NCBI GenBank assembly: GCA_951406725.2
Contig: OX597815.1
Location: 177,010,001 to 177,074,000 of the forward strand
Direction: 5' to 3'
DNA: 64,000 nt
DNA from: Octopus vulgaris
Lineage: Eukaryota
Numbering within the stretch: position 1 is the first letter of the stretch; each line of letters starts with the position of its first letter. Positions 22,217 through 36,603 of this stretch are shown here, one piece after another. The position numbers and the translations under genes were made by a program. The notes under the pieces are model-generated. The model had not been told where the DNA came from, did no database searches, and worked only from the letters and a program-made list of their open reading frames with translations.

Positions 22217-25200
22217 TGAGAGAGAGGGAGAGAGAGAAAGATCTGTTGTGTAAGACCGGAGCAGATCCCTAAAGTTATACAACACATTGATTTAACAAAA
22301 CTACATGTTATATATATATATGCACACAGATATTTAGATTCTAGCTTATACTCTATGTTCGATATTGATAAGCCTAAATACACAATCTCTATGCAGGCTC
22401 AGACGATGTTTATATTGTGAAATACTTGCTGTCTTCCCTGCATGTAAGTCTAAACGTCTGCTGTGGCTATGTTATCCAAACGACGATGCAACGGGGAACC
22501 AGTCTCTCTGTTGGCGTTGCTAGCAGAGCGCAAAGAGCCGAAACAGATACAGCCAGGTACTTTGTTCCATACACTCACATTGTTGTCCTTTAAAATTCGA
22601 CGTATAAGTCATGACAGGCAAATTTGATCTCGCGCGTTATTTGATCTAATACTGAAAGAACTATCAGTACACGACTTAGATCGATATCGATGAATATGTA
22701 TGAGCGACATTCGTTTAATCAGGACTGTCCAAATTCCTGCACGAGAACTTCTACGTGACAGATGTTTGATGCAGAATAAGGACAAAGGACATTACACTAT
22801 TTTCACTATCGAAATTCACCAGAATACAGAGCACGATGGTGCGATTCAAGATTGTGTTTCTCTTCTAATTCTGATCTATCTCATCCTATTTACTTTCAAA
22901 AATTGAACTTTATGAACACTTGTGCTTGTAGCACAATATATATTATATTGTGGTCTGATTGCAGTTCAGCTCAGTGGTATGAAATGAGGTCGAAACCGGA
23001 AACGTTCGTTTGTAAGATCTGCATGAGAAGGAAGGGCAATAGTGTAGTGACAAACTATTACTTGTTGAAACTCCATTTTATATATTGCAAGCAAGAATCC
23101 TAGATAATTTTTACCTTTTGCCGATACCATGTTGAAAGAGGAGGCGTTTTATATAGAAGGCAAGATAAACTATTTGATTAAGACTCGAAGCATGTGGTTC
23201 GTTTCACTTCGTATGGTTCTATTTACATACATTGACGAGCGATTAAGCTATTGTTGTTTAGATCCAGTTCAGTGCTTATCGAAAGAGAACTATTAATCAA
23301 AATTACTTCAGCCATGACCTTTCTCATTTTTCACTGATGACAACAATGTTTTCCAATGTATGTTAGTGTGTGAGTTTCTCATCTGACTAGGAAATGTGTA
23401 AGAACTAGCAAGAATAGCAACTACAGTGAGACATCTGCATTGGCTCATACCATTTATAATTGCTATGTGGTCAAGTAAAATATAGACGCACAAATAAATA
23501 TGTACTATAGATAATGGACATTCAATTCCAATGTGGAAAGCTAGCAAATACTAGAATTCAAAAGCAGTATAGCTCTAAATTCTAATAAATTCCACTTAAT
23601 CAAGTACATAAGCAAACTACTATAATATCAAATATGAACATTTATAAGCTTAAATATGTGTCATGCTCTCATGATCTGAAATTTAACTTTATATTCAAAC
23701 TGGTACCCCTATAAAACCACACTGCAATCCTCTGCAGAAGGAGCGATGTGGGTATAATTCGACTCAGATTAACTATCAACATACCTGCTAATTTTATAAG
23801 AACACGAAGAGCAACGGAAAGATCGGTTCGCGTTACATTTGTGTGGGGAACGAAGCAGTAACACCCGGTGGAAATAATGTCTGATCTGCAAAGAAAATAC
23901 TTAGCCATGGGTTAAAACTATCGTTAGGTACGAGGCCATCACTAAGAACAAGTAGACTCAGCACTCGATCATGTGAATTTAATATAACCATCAATATTGC
24001 TCACACTCGAAAACAATCAGATAAAGAAAGTAAAGGAGATTATGCAAAGCCGTTTGAACTTCGAGAGATTAGTCTTGTTTGATCATTCCTGAATCATCAA
24101 TGGTTGTAGAACAAAGGTAAGAAAATATAAAGGAATACGGCTGGAACGTCTGAAGAATGAAAGATTCCCTGCATATGTACAGCTCTGATGCATTCTTCAT
24201 TTTGGGCTAGCTTAGGAAAACACTGTATGATTTGAGGCTTAAAACTCTTAATTGACCTATGGGACAGCAGTACATAGTATTTTTAGTATATAGTAATTTT
24301 AAGTATTAACAATTATTGGAAACGAGTTCAAGCCCGGGGTGCAATAAGTCTATATATACTGAAGTTTTAATGGGACGCGCAGGTGGCATCCGACGGGAAC
24401 GAATAACTAATAAGATAATATTTCCGACATGGGCTGCAGGATACCCCACCCTACCCAAAAAACAAAACAAAAAACTACAATCTACTTCTCTGGGTTGAAC
24501 TATTGATCTTGTTGGAAACAAATGGTTGTAGGGTTAAGCTGATCTATTTGATCTACAGCATTAATTTGCTACAGAAAATATAAATTCTCAATTAGAATTG
24601 ACGTACAGTTTTCTTCACAGAAACATGTCCCATATCTTTTATTTTATTTTTCTCTTTTTTGTCTCACGTCAGCTCTGACCGCGTTGACCTGTGGCATTGT
24701 AACAATAACAGATCCGACATCGCGCAAGTCGTATTTTTGTATCAATGACCAGATTTGATCAATGCACTGTTCTAATGTTTAAGATTGCTGGGTGTGATTT
24801 GAGGGTTATTTAACTACTGTTATCGACTGATCACACAGACCCTTCCTCCCCAACCCAACAACGTCAGTCAGAGCGCATGAAGCTGTCTTTTATTCATCGT
24901 TAAAAGCTGATTTATGAGCTTTTCGACTTCATATTCTCTTTCTATTCTTTTCCAATTCTTTTTCGCTTTTTACAATTCTTCGTGTTTTCCTTCAGGAATT
25001 AATTTCCCGCACGTTTTTTTTTTCTCTCTGTGTGTATGTACCTGTGTGTTAAAACGTACGTTGGTGTCCATGTGTGAGTAACTACGCGTACACATGTGCA
25101 CACACACACACACACACATATGTAAGTGTATGTACATGAGTGCATGCATCGACATACCTGTATGCGCGTGCCAGCGTGTGTTTGTGCACACGCACATGTG

Positions 25201-27599
25201 TATATCACCACTTCCTTCCCTTGTGAAATTTTCCATGAGAGCATATTGTTTTACTCACTCTCTCGGGATACAGGCTTTGTGTATTTCACTGATTATCCAC
25301 ATTCACAAGTATATGCACGTTCTCACATATATACATACGCCGGAAATAGTTTACGCAGTTGTATGTAGGCAGCTCTTAAAGCAACGCGTGTTTAGGCTTG
25401 TAAATACACACAGACATATATATATATATATGTGTGTGTGTGTGTATGTATATATATATACATACACATACATCCACCCACGCACGCACTCACACATATA
25501 TGTATATATAAGAATGTATGCACATAATACTGCCATACACAAACACCCACACGTACATACATACTTATTGCCACAGATGGTCAAGTAGTTAGACGTTGAC
25601 GCATCCCGGCAAGTATCGATAGTTGATTGATTCGGCTGATAAATATTTCATTGATACATTATCAAATAACGCATTAACTACAGATATATTACATTATTCA
25701 ATTTGTGGGTTTCTATTTTATTGATTAAACGCGTAGAAAAAAATGTCAAAATATTGAAAATCTTTTATAAGCTATTATCGCATGTATATTTTCGTATAAG
25801 TTAATATCCTTAGCTCTATTGTTCTCCTAGACTATTTCTGATCTACCACTTTTCAGAAGAGAGTAATGAGAAATGGGATATTTTTACAAGTCATGCAATG
25901 TTTTTATGGAACGAAAGAAGGGATAAAACATAAGAAAACCGAAGGAGAAAACGATAAAAATGAATGAATGAATGGATCGAGAAGCGCAGATATGTAGAAA
26001 TCGAAATTGTGTCATCAATTATGCTGTGAGACAAGCATAGTCTGTGATCTCATTTATTGAATCTACTTTGTACATAACATATCCTAGTTTGACTTATGAT
26101 GGACATAGTTTCAATAGTAGTTTTAGAGTTGTCACATCTGTCATGATGGCTGATTGAAGTTTATATATCAATAAATGTTACACAGAATTACTTTTAAGGG
26201 CGTATTGCTACTACTACTACTACTACATCAATAAATGCTTTTCTCTAGATGCGTACCATATTTACGATGAGGTATATTTCCGAATTCGTATTAAAAGAAA
26301 CTTTATAAAACATTATTCATTTAGAGTAAACAAGCAGAATTCTTACTCTACGCTCTGAGTTCAAATTCTGCTCTAGTCGATGTTGGCATTCATTCTTAAG
26401 GGCTGATAAATTAAGTACCATTCAAGTACTAGAGAGTGATGTAATCGATGCCCCCTCTCCTCAAATCTACTGATCTCTACACTGTATATAATATGCTCTA
26501 AATGAAATCGTGGTAAAATTGCCGCCAATGAGATTCTGTAAATTATGGGGGAAAGCGATGACCGAATCGAATGGCCAACATAGGAGTCTCTCTGCGTTGT
26601 GAGCGTGACAACACTTAACTAACTCATTTCTCGGGACACTTATCAATAGATACTTTAGGAAAAACCCAACAAAGTATACACGGGATTCGGTAGGTTCTGG
26701 TTATCCATAAACTACGCATTTTACTTAGCCTACCACGAGTGATGTTGACTTACATTGATTTCATCGCTGATGGATATCTTTAAAACAAAGTTATTGTGTA
26801 ATATATTCTAAGAATAACAAAAACGATATCTACAATGAAAAGTTAGATACAGAAGTACAATAATCCTGGTAAACGGAATCGCCGAATGATTTCCTTGGTG
26901 GTTCTAGGAATATTATATTTCTTATCTAAATCCTGTTTCAAAATAGATTACTTGTAACAATCTATATATCACTACCGCTTTCATATTGTAGGTGAGTTCA
27001 GTCTCTCGGTCGAAGAATGTAACCTGAAGATATTAAAATTTTTATGCTCCTACCTCTATTCTATTTGATTAACCGTGCATGTCCATAAAGGCGCCTCCAC
27101 GTAATCGCAGTTAAATCAGCACTCAAACACACAATAGTAACTAAAAATAGAAAGTATACATTGTTTAATGTAACCTCAACTTTGTTATGCCTGCATTTAA
27201 AAAAAAAATGTCGAAACTGAAAAACCTTTCGTCATAGGTTTGTTCAGTCAGGTTTAACGAAAACGACGGCATGTACCTCGCAAGCGTAACCACTATAAAT
27301 AGAACGATTTATTTATGTGTGGAAACTTATATATATCGTTGCTAATATGCAAAAGTGTCGTAAGTCCAAAACATTGTTTTCCAAGAAAACGAAAAACTAG
27401 TTTCACCTTTTCATAGTAAAACCGTTCTACAACACTTTGACAATTTTTGATATCTTCGCATCTGAAGCAGATGGAGATACAATAGTTTGACCAAAACAAC
27501 CGCCGGCTATACGACAATTTAACATAATAGCAACGATAGATATATAACATATATATGTATGTATAAGTATCAGTGTGTGTGTGTGGATATGTATAAGGA

Positions 27600-27808
27600 A
27601 ATCTGGTAGAACTGTTAGAACTCCGGACAAAATGCTTAGCGGAATATCTGCTGACTTTACGCTCTGAGTTCAAGTGCAACCGGGGTCGTCTTTACCTTTC
27701 ATCCTTTCGGGGTCAATAGAATAGGCATTAGTTGATCATTAGGGTCGATGTAATCGACTTACCCAACTGCCATGAAATTTCTGGCCTTGTGCTAAAATTT
27801 GAAACCAA
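27600..27808 (+). mobile_element. SINE family 1-related
   Basis: CTGAGTTCAAG..CCTTTCATCCTTTCGGGGTC..CTGGCCTTGTGCTAAAATTTGAAACC. Confidence 0.8.
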
Positions 27809-27970
27809 TTCACATATATGTTTGTGTGTGTGTATTTTATCTTTCAGTAAATATAAAAATAATTGTACATTTATAAAACAAGAATATCATTTCAATTGAC
27901 TTCGGAATTCCGACGAAGATTTAACGGGTACAAACTGCGTACTCACCTTCACTAATATACTTTTTAGAGC

Positions 27971-28123
<153 letters not shown>

Positions 28124-28193
28124 ATAGTCACTTTAGTGACAACTATTCTTCTGCCTTTCGGTTCGAAATTGCGAAAAGCCACCTTAATAATTC

Positions 28194-28244
<51 letters not shown>

Positions 28245-28264
28245 ATGTATGTATGTATGTATAT

Positions 28265-28442
28265 TGACCGGTAACTCCGCAAGTTTTTAATTCTCTCTCT
28301 GTTTGTTTCTTCGTGTTCGTTTCTGTTGAGGAGCACAGGCTCAAAACGTTAAAGACTTGCCTTCCCGAGCGTCAAACTAATACACCTTCTGGTTGTTCAT
28401 ACACCTATTTTCCTCTTTTGCTTTTCTGTAAATTTCAGCTAA
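28265..28442 (+). mobile_element. HHR element family A
   Basis: CGTTT-CTGTTGA-GGAGC ACAG GCTC-AAAA-CG-TT-AAAG..CCCGAGCGTC-AAAC; lies between TA tracts. Confidence 0.75.
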
Positions 28443-28451
28443 ATATATATA

Positions 28452-28488
<37 letters not shown>

Positions 28489-28714
28489 CTATTCTATTCT
28501 TTTGATGGCTGTCATAACTAATTGCAAGAACAAAAAAGAAAAAAAAAAATAGGGAGGCAATAAATGTTTGCATGAAGAAGATTTCTAAAAGAAATGAAAA
28601 TTTCCACATTCTTTACACCCATACATTATATGTATTTTATGTATGTATAGACAGACAGGCAGGCAGGCAGACAGGCAGACGGACACGGATAGATAGATAA
28701 ATAAATAAATAACT

Positions 28715-28850
28715 GGCATTCCGTTGGATTTCGATGTGGATAGTTCCAGTTGATCCGATCAACGGAACAGCCTATTGTAAATTAGCGTGCAAATAGTTGA
28801 GCACTCCACAGACGCGTATCCTTCAAGTAGTTCTCGGGGAGATTTAGCCA
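28715..28850 (-). mobile_element. SINE/LINE tail fragment shared with 38110-38220 and 49500-49670
   Basis: GATCAACGGAACAGCC..GAGCACTCCACAGAC..GTAGTTCTCGGGGAGATT. Confidence 0.75.
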
Positions 28851-29536
28851 TGGCAAATCTATCCTATTCTTCTGATGGCTATCTTAACTAATTACAAAAA
28901 ATAAATAAAAAGCCGAGTAATTCAAAATAAAGACTTCTTTTGATAAGAACATAATTTAAATCGTTATCTCCCATGAACACAAGGCCTTCTGACTATTCAC
29001 AAATTAATGATTATAATTTTTATTTATTGTTATAATTTTGTTAAAAAAAATATCGTTTTGTTGCCAGAGAATATTAATCTATTGCTGTTAACAACATTTC
29101 ATTTACAACTTAGAATTCGACGACTGGTTAATGTTTGTTTATAGAAGCACAGGTCTCCAATTTGCAGGGTTAGGGGAGGTCTTAACAAATGCTAATACTT
29201 GGTGACAACGTGCTTTATTGTAGCCTGAATGATGAGTGACGAAGTTTTTCTCGATGGAGTCGAAAATCAGAGTGCAGAAACATGTAAATAAAAGTCACCC
29301 AGAGCAAAAAAAAAAAAAAAAAAAAAAAAAGAGAGAGAGAGAGAGAGAAAGAATATAATGGAACAGCTGGCAATTCTCACGAATATATAACCATCTTCTC
29401 TATGGATTTGCACCAAATGAGAAAACACTTCACATGTTTTTAATGTTGTCACCGGCCACACTTTGTCCACATCTGGTCATTGATTAACGTACATGAATTC
29501 AATGATTTAGATTATTTTTTACAGAAGTGTACAAGC

Positions 29537-29670
29537 GCGGGCATAGCTGGGTTGTAAGAAATTTGCTTCCCAACCACATGGTTCCAGGTCCAGTCCCAGC
29601 TTCTACTATAGCCTCGGGTCGACTAAAGCCTTCTGAATGGATTTGGTAGACTAAACTGGAAGAAGCCCAT

Positions 29671-29710
<40 letters not shown>

Positions 29711-29991
29711 CGTGACCGACCAGGCTATCAGCTGTTGCTACACATCGCTGGTCACAATGCGCTTCGCATTGTTTTAGCCTTCAAATGACGCCATTCCGCT
29801 GGCTAAGCGAGCAGGCCAACAGAAGAAAGAGTGAGAGAAAGTTGTGGCGAAAGAGTACAGCAGGGATCGCCATCACCCCCTGCTGAAGAATCGTGGAGCT
29901 TCAGGTGTTTTCGCTCAATAAACACTCACAACGCCCGGTCTGGGAATCGAAACCGCGAATCCGCTGCCCTAACCACTGGGCCATTGTGCCT

Positions 29992-30082
<91 letters not shown>

Positions 30083-30335
30083 GTGTGCGTGTGTATGTAT
30101 ATACCTATGTGTGTGAGTTTCTCTCTATATTTGTCCCCCGCCACCGCTTGATAACTGATGTTGGCTTGTGTAGGTTCCAGTAACATGGCGGTTCAACAAA
30201 ACAGACCGATATAATAAACATCAGGTTTAAAAAAAAATGTATGTATAAATCCTGGTGTCGATTTTATTCGAGTACAAATTCTTGAAGGCGGTGCCCCAGC
30301 ATGGTCGCAGTCAAATGAGTGAAATCAATAAAAGA
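29537..30335 (+). mobile_element. SINE family 2 interrupted at its internal microsatellite
   Basis: 5' half 29537-29672 and 3' half about 30085-30335 match 56477-56876. Confidence 0.85.
29707..29993 (-). mobile_element. SINE family 3 nested in SINE family 2
   Basis: Head matches 6430-6612 but the tail differs. Confidence 0.88.
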
Positions 30336-30624
30336 TACATTTTGTGTCAGTTTCTAGTGTGACAAATCCCGAAAGCTTGCATGGGACCCATTTGTTTCTA
30401 TACCCCTTAAGTTTCAAGCCCTTTCATAGCCAGTCACAGGAAAACACAGGCATTTGTACAATGAACACTGCACACCGGACTCTTCTTCTTCTCTCGCTTC
30501 CCCCTCCTTCTCCTCCTCCTCCGCCGCCTCCTACAACTTGTAACGAATTTTCAGTCCCATTTACACTGCGAAGACGGCTACCATTGACGCTTGGTATCAC
30601 CATAGCCGTTGATACCAGCCAAAC

Positions 30625-30960
30625 TCTACTTCTACTACTACTACAACATACCACCAACACCACCACCACTACTACTGCCGTTACAACCACAGCAGCTACA
30701 TACCATACTACCACCACGACTACTGCAACTGCTACTACTATTACTACTACTACTATCACAGCTGCTGTTGCAGTGACAACCACAGTACCTACATACTACC
30801 ACTACTACTACTTCTACTACTAATATTACTACTACTACTACTACAAGTACTACTGCTGCTGCAGTCACAACCACAGCAGCTACATACCACGACCACCACC
30901 ACGACCACTACCACTACCACCACCACCACTACTACTATCACTACTGCTGCTACTGCTGCT
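30625..30960. repeat. (ACT/ACC)n low complexity with three copies of GT.ACAACCACAG.A.CTACATAC
   Basis: Units start near 30680, 30773 and 30864. Confidence 0.85.
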
Positions 30961-31524
30961 GTCGCTTCTTCCCGAGTGGGAAATATCTGCTCGCGCACGA
31001 CCAGCTGTTATGTTTTGCAACATTTTGCATGCAAATAGCTTTCAACATGCGCACATACAGCACATCCATACATACACGTGTTTGTGTGTGTGTGTGTGTA
31101 TGTACGCATGAATACAAAATCCACCGCATTCACACATGCACACATCGTGTCTGATAGTAAAACACACACACACATAGACTACTGCGACGAGCGTTTACAC
31201 ATCCGACAAATCTGCTGCCATCGGATTCGGTTGTATCTCTGCACTTGAAACTCTCACCTCTATTAACCTGTTGCTTCTGCTTTCGTAGCAGCTGTTGCTG
31301 CTGTCAGTGCTGCTGTTGCAATTCTCTCTGCAACCATTCTCCACTTGCTGCTGCTGCTGCCGCCGCTACTGCTGCTGCTGCTTTCACTTCCATTTCACCA
31401 GACCTGACACAGTCCCTCCATCTGTTTCTTCTTTTTCCTTCTTCATTCATTTAAATCTTCTTCTATCTGACACGATTAGAAACACATTATTCTTTTACTT
31501 GATGTTATGCTGATTGTTTTATAT

Positions 31525-32072
31525 CAGCGTTTCGAAACCCTTTTTCGGCCCAGGGTCCCCTTCCATTCTTGTTTTACTCTACCGGACCCTCAGAACTCCA
31601 TGTTTAGATAAAATCCTAATTATATTTTTTAGGATTAAATATTATTAGATTCTTTATTTTTTCTTTTACTTGTTTCATTCATTTGACTGCGGCCACGCTG
31701 GAGCACTGCCTTTAGTCGAACAAATTGACCCCAGGATTTATGCTTTGTAAGCCTAGTACTTACGGGGACGTAAATAAAACCAACATCGATTGTCAAGCGA
31801 TAGTGAGTGGGGAGACAAACACAAATACACACAAATACACAAGCTTCCGTCTACCAAATCCACACCCAAGGCTATAGTAGAAGACACTTGCCCAAGGTGC
31901 CACGCAGTGGGACCGAACCCGGAACCATGTGGTTGGGAAGCAAGCTTCTTTATAAAATATATGTAGAAATATAACCAAGTTTATAGCACATAAATCTTAA
32001 TGACAAAATCTTTTATAGCCCCGCCTCTCACTCCCCACCAGGGATCATTTGGACCCCAGGTGGGAATCAATG
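31525..32072. mobile_element. hAT/Charlie-like MITE, degenerate
   Basis: Ends CAGCGTTTCGAAACCCTTTT..GGGTCCCC and GGACCCCAGGTGGGAATCAATG; 8-bp flanks TTTTATAT/ATTAATAT. Confidence 0.5.
31655..31952 (-). mobile_element. SINE family 2 (internal deletions) nested in putative hAT MITE
   Basis: GACACTTGCCCAAGGTGCCACGCAGTGGGACCGAACCCGGAACCATGTGGTTGG. Confidence 0.88.
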
Positions 32073-32664
32073 ATTAATATTGCTATTCTTTGCATCATTG
32101 CCTTTAGCTGCTGTTGATGCCTCTCTTCTTCTTCTTATACTTCGCTCTTCTTTTTTCTTCTCACTTTTCTTTCTCCCCATTGCTAGTAGAACTAGTAGTA
32201 TTACCTACGGTTGTGGTAGTATCAGCAGCAGTAGTAGTAATTTGAATTGCTGTCATTAAAGTTTCACATGTTACATGTAATTGCCTGGTGTGAACAAAAA
32301 CGTTCGAATTCTTGTGTTTTGAGGAATCGGTAGTTTCGTTTTTCATATTGTTTTGTTTTACTTCTTTTAGTCATTGACCTGCAGCCGTCCTGCGAAATCA
32401 TCTCCAAATGTTTTGTTCTACCCAATGAAACCGAGTGCTTATTTTTTTGTTAAAGACTTGTACTTACTGTTAAAACCTCGATGTAAAAGAATTAGTCGAA
32501 CGACATCTCTGTGTAAGTGGAGTCAGCGTAAGGAATAACACGGAGGTTAACCTATACAAACACACATTTTTTGACACATGCATATGTATATGACAGCATG
32601 TTTGTGTGAATATATAGATGTGAATATATACATACATATTTAAATACATAGATAAACATATATA

Positions 32665-32822
32665 TATTTTCTCTCCTTGTTTTTTTCTGTGTCCGTTTCT
32701 GTAGAAGAGCGTAGGCTCGAAACGTAAAAGACTTTCTATTCCTGAGCGTTATACTAATACATCTGTTTGTTTTGTACACCAACTGTCTTCGTCTTTTGTT
32801 TTTTTTCGTAAACTCTCCCTAT
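32665..32822 (+). mobile_element. HHR element family A
   Basis: GTTT-CTGTAGA(32699)-AGAGC GTAG GCTC-GAAA-CG-TA-AAAG..CCTGAGCGTTATACTAATAC. Confidence 0.8.
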
Positions 32823-34698
32823 ATTTGTATTTATATATGTGTATATATACATGCACATCTAAATACACAGACAAAAATATATATTCGCACATGTGTTTAC
32901 AACAGACTTTCGCAATGTTTTCCTCGATCAGTTTCAATCAGAAGGTTTGGCAACTTCGAGGCTACAAGGCATTGGGCCAACACGGCGCAGATTCGGACAG
33001 AAGTCGAAAGCACGTAAGAACGCTTCCTATTAGCAACACCACATACAATACTAGCACAGAAATATATAAACCCCTCCGTTAAATATCGAAATTAAAGTCA
33101 ACCTTTAGTCTCGGTACTGTGCAATTAGCCCGATATCTTTGTTTGACCTATATTCATTGAATTCCCATTTGCGACTGCTAAAGACAATGGATAGCTGTCT
33201 CTACTAAAAAGTGCTATTGCCATCTCTTAGAGTTCGAGCTCTCTGGAGATTTTTCAGCCAGTACTGAAAAAGCAGGAGGAAAAGAGAAGTGCAGAGTGAG
33301 AGAGAGAAAGACTGCAAAGGTAAAATTCATCTTGACAGAATTTGAATTTAGAGAGCTTCTAGCCATGGCCACTATTAAAAGTTATTATATCCAACAATTT
33401 GCCAGTCTAAAGCCTTAATTCCACCGGGGGTTTCGCTCTCTGTTTTTCAAAATAAGTAAGAGATATATTGGTGTATGTGATCCCCGATATACTTCGACTA
33501 AATAACAAAGGAGAAGGTTACAGTTTTAATAGCTTTGTGAATAAGTCTGCTCCAATGTGTTAACCTAGAATGGCAAAACGTCACCATTTTATTTTGGAGG
33601 ACTTTATTGTTTTTTAAGTAACGTGAAATGGTCGCTGTTAAACAGTTCAATTTTATGTTAAAGTCATCATTGACACCAAGTTCTCTCATCGCCAAATGGA
33701 AATGTCTCCTTGATTGAAAGAAACTCCACAACGATGATGAACATTATGTTAGCGACGCTACTGGGTTCCTTTGTGCTTCCACTAATTGCTTCCTACGATC
33801 TACTGATGTATAATTAAGTTTTGAACTAATTTATTTTAACTCAAAACTTTCTTTATTAGCAAAGTAATCTGAATTTAGAAACGGTAGTAGCAGCAGCGGC
33901 AGTAACAGTAGTAATTGTAGTAGTGGTGGTGATAGTGGTGGTGACACTAGTATTGGTAAGAGTAGTTCTGTTTTAGCCGCTTCAGAGTAATTGTTAAGTC
34001 GTGAAGTTACTTTTTAAAAAATTTCTTCCAAACCTTATCAATGCTATTTTCTTTGGGTTTCTATCGAATCTCTGAGAATGTTTATTTTTCTTTCATGATC
34101 TTCTATCGATGAGTTCAATGAGAAGAACTGGGCAAGTCGTAAGAGCATTGGATAAAATACCTCACAGTGTTTTAGATCAGCTTTCTTTTTACGTTTTTTA
34201 GGTATTCAAATCACACCAAAATCAAATTTGTATTTTTAACCTCAATTAAGCAAAGTAGCATTTAAAAACTAACATCGGTTTTATTGATTTCTACTGTCCC
34301 TCAAAGAAGTGGTTTTTTATGGTGATCGGTTGACAGAAACGACATCGTGGGACGCATAACTTGTGGTATTTGTTTACGACTTAAAATCCTGCGGGTGTCA
34401 ACTTTGACTTTCATCTTTCTGGGATCAACAGATCCTTGTGCTTCGTCAATGCAATCCATTAACTCCTCCTCCGCCTCTAAATATCTGCTGGCCTTGTGTC
34501 TAAACTATAAACAATTATTTCTATTCAGATGGTTTGGTGGGAGGATAATAAACTGACAGAGTATAGTACAAAATATCTTTTTTTATTATTTAAGTGGCGG
34601 TAGGATGGGAAATTGGCAGAGCATTACACAGCATACATTTTGGTTACATCTCTTTATACCAAGAATTCAAAGTCAACTTGTTTCATTTTGGTTGTACC

Positions 34699-34874
34699 CG
34701 TATTTCGTCTGCCGTTACGTTCTGAGTTCAAATTCCGACTTTGCCTTTCATCCTTTCGGGGTCGATAAATTAAGTACCAGTTACGCACTGGGGTAGATGT
34801 AATCGACTTAATCCCTTTGTCTGTCCTTGTTTGTCCCCTCTATGTTTAGCCCCTTGTGGGTAGTAAAGAAATAG
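34699..34874 (+). mobile_element. SINE family 1 body without head
   Basis: Starts at CGTATTTCGTCTGCCGTTACG and ends AAAGAAATAGG. Confidence 0.9.
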
Positions 34875-35454
34875 GTTATTCTTCCTTTCAGGATTGTCGT
34901 AAGAAGTATCAGCCAATTTTGATCTTATTTCAGCATTTTTGTAATGTTTTTTACATACCCCGATCTAGGGCAGGATTGAAAGCATGTCGGAAGAGTATGT
35001 GTAGTTAAATTCCTTGAGAATTACTATTCATATTTGCATTCACTTCTTCCACGCTTGATAAAGTTCTAATAAAAACTGAGATCGATTAAATCCATCAACT
35101 CATATTTGTAATCTCGTTCTAAATGTAAGCCCGGTCAAGTTAGGAACAATCAGTCCATAGCCAAAACTGTTAGAATGTCTAATGGAATGACTTGCAATAC
35201 ATTGTCAGTTTATTTCCGCCAAGGTCGACTATACTTTTCATTCTTTTGAGGTTGATAAAATAAGTACCAGTTGAGTACGAAGGTCGATGTCTCCGAAATT
35301 GCTGGCCTTGTGCCAAAAATTGGAAACCAGTATGTGGTCAGTTTATATAAAATCTAAATTTAAATACCATCAAAGTTCAACGTACTGAGGTTCATCCTTT
35401 TCAAACCTTGTTTTTTAAACGACCCTCATTATTATTATTATTATTATTATTTAT

Positions 35455-36026
35455 TGCCTTTTCACAACGTCTAATGCTGGAGATGTACTACAGTGTCAGT
35501 TGTTCACTACCAGTGAACTCTAATTTTTCGAGCACCTTCCGAAGTATTCGAGCTGTTTCAAGCAGTGCTGTTTTCTGCAAAGTGCTCCACCCTTATTGCA
35601 GCCCCACGTACTTCTCGAGATTTTTGCTCACTGTTCCCAGGGCAGTTATTGGTATTACTGCTACCTTTTACCGACAATTATTGGTACTACTGCTACCTTT
35701 TTCATCGACCACAACTGCTTAACTTCCCAAGCTAACCTGTCATATCTCTCGACTTTTCTTTCTTCCTTATCGCATACCTTGTTGTCAGTTGGGCATGCTA
35801 TATCTATGATCCAGCGTAGTTTGTTTCCTTTCTCAATTAAGACTATATCCAGCTTCCTATTCTCAATCTCATGGTCACACTGAATCATAAAATCCCATAG
35901 GATCTTTGCATTTCTATTTTCGACAATGCCTTCAGGTTTGTGGCCGTACCAACTTATTGCTCTGTCAAGTCCATACTTGTTGCAAAGTATCCAATAGACA
36001 AGCCTGGCTATATTGTCATGACTTCT
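35455..36026 (-). mobile_element. Dong/R4-clade LINE 3' end
   Basis: ORF 35661-36029: HDNIARLVYW..WYGHKPE..ILWDFMIQCDHEIENRKLDIVLI..IIDIACP..RKVERYDRL; (ATT)n at both ends. Confidence 0.92.
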
Positions 36027-36252
36027 CATTATTATTATTCGAATTGATTCAGGTTCGGTCTTATTCCTGCTCGATTTTGTGTGGGTAACAGGTTACTACC
36101 TATGACTTTAGATATCCACATGTTTCAATAATTTTTCAAGCGTTCAAAACCCTCCTGATAATCGTTCCTGTTCTTAAGAGGTAAATTTTCTGTAGAAGCT
36201 CAATAGAACACTATTATCATTATTATTATTATTATGATGATGATGATGATGA

Positions 36253-36603
36253 AAGACTCTCGGATAGTTCTTAATTACCGGTTATTCTTTACATGAAAGT
36301 AGGTTATAACAAATCAACAAAGGTTTCAAGTAGTGCCTTCTCCTGTGACTCAAAGAGACAATACTCCCCTTAGAATGCTTAGAACTGTATCCGACAATGC
36401 TGTCTTCTGGATCACCTCGAGCTTGACAGCAGCTCCAATATTCTTTATACGTTTTTCAAAGCCCTTGGAAACTGCTACTAATGCTCCAATTACCACCGTT
36501 ATCACCTTTACTTTCCTATTGCTCCATAACTTTACTATCTCCTGCCCCAGTGGCTGGTATTTCTCAATCTTTTCTGTTTCCTTACATTTCACCCTCGAAT
36601 CGC
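36253..36603 (-). mobile_element. Dong/R4-clade LINE 3' end
   Basis: ORF 36350-36592: EKIEKYQPL..VVIGALVAV..IQKTAL..ILRGVL; (ATT)n flanks; same subfamily as 42580. Confidence 0.88.

Noticed and set aside
30344-30998. Mucin-like Thr/Pro-rich ORF
   Set aside because: Trinucleotide low complexity, open on both strands, with no splice or domain evidence.
31245-31513. Cys-rich / poly-Ala ORFs resembling metallothionein
   Set aside because: Derived from (CTG)n low-complexity sequence.
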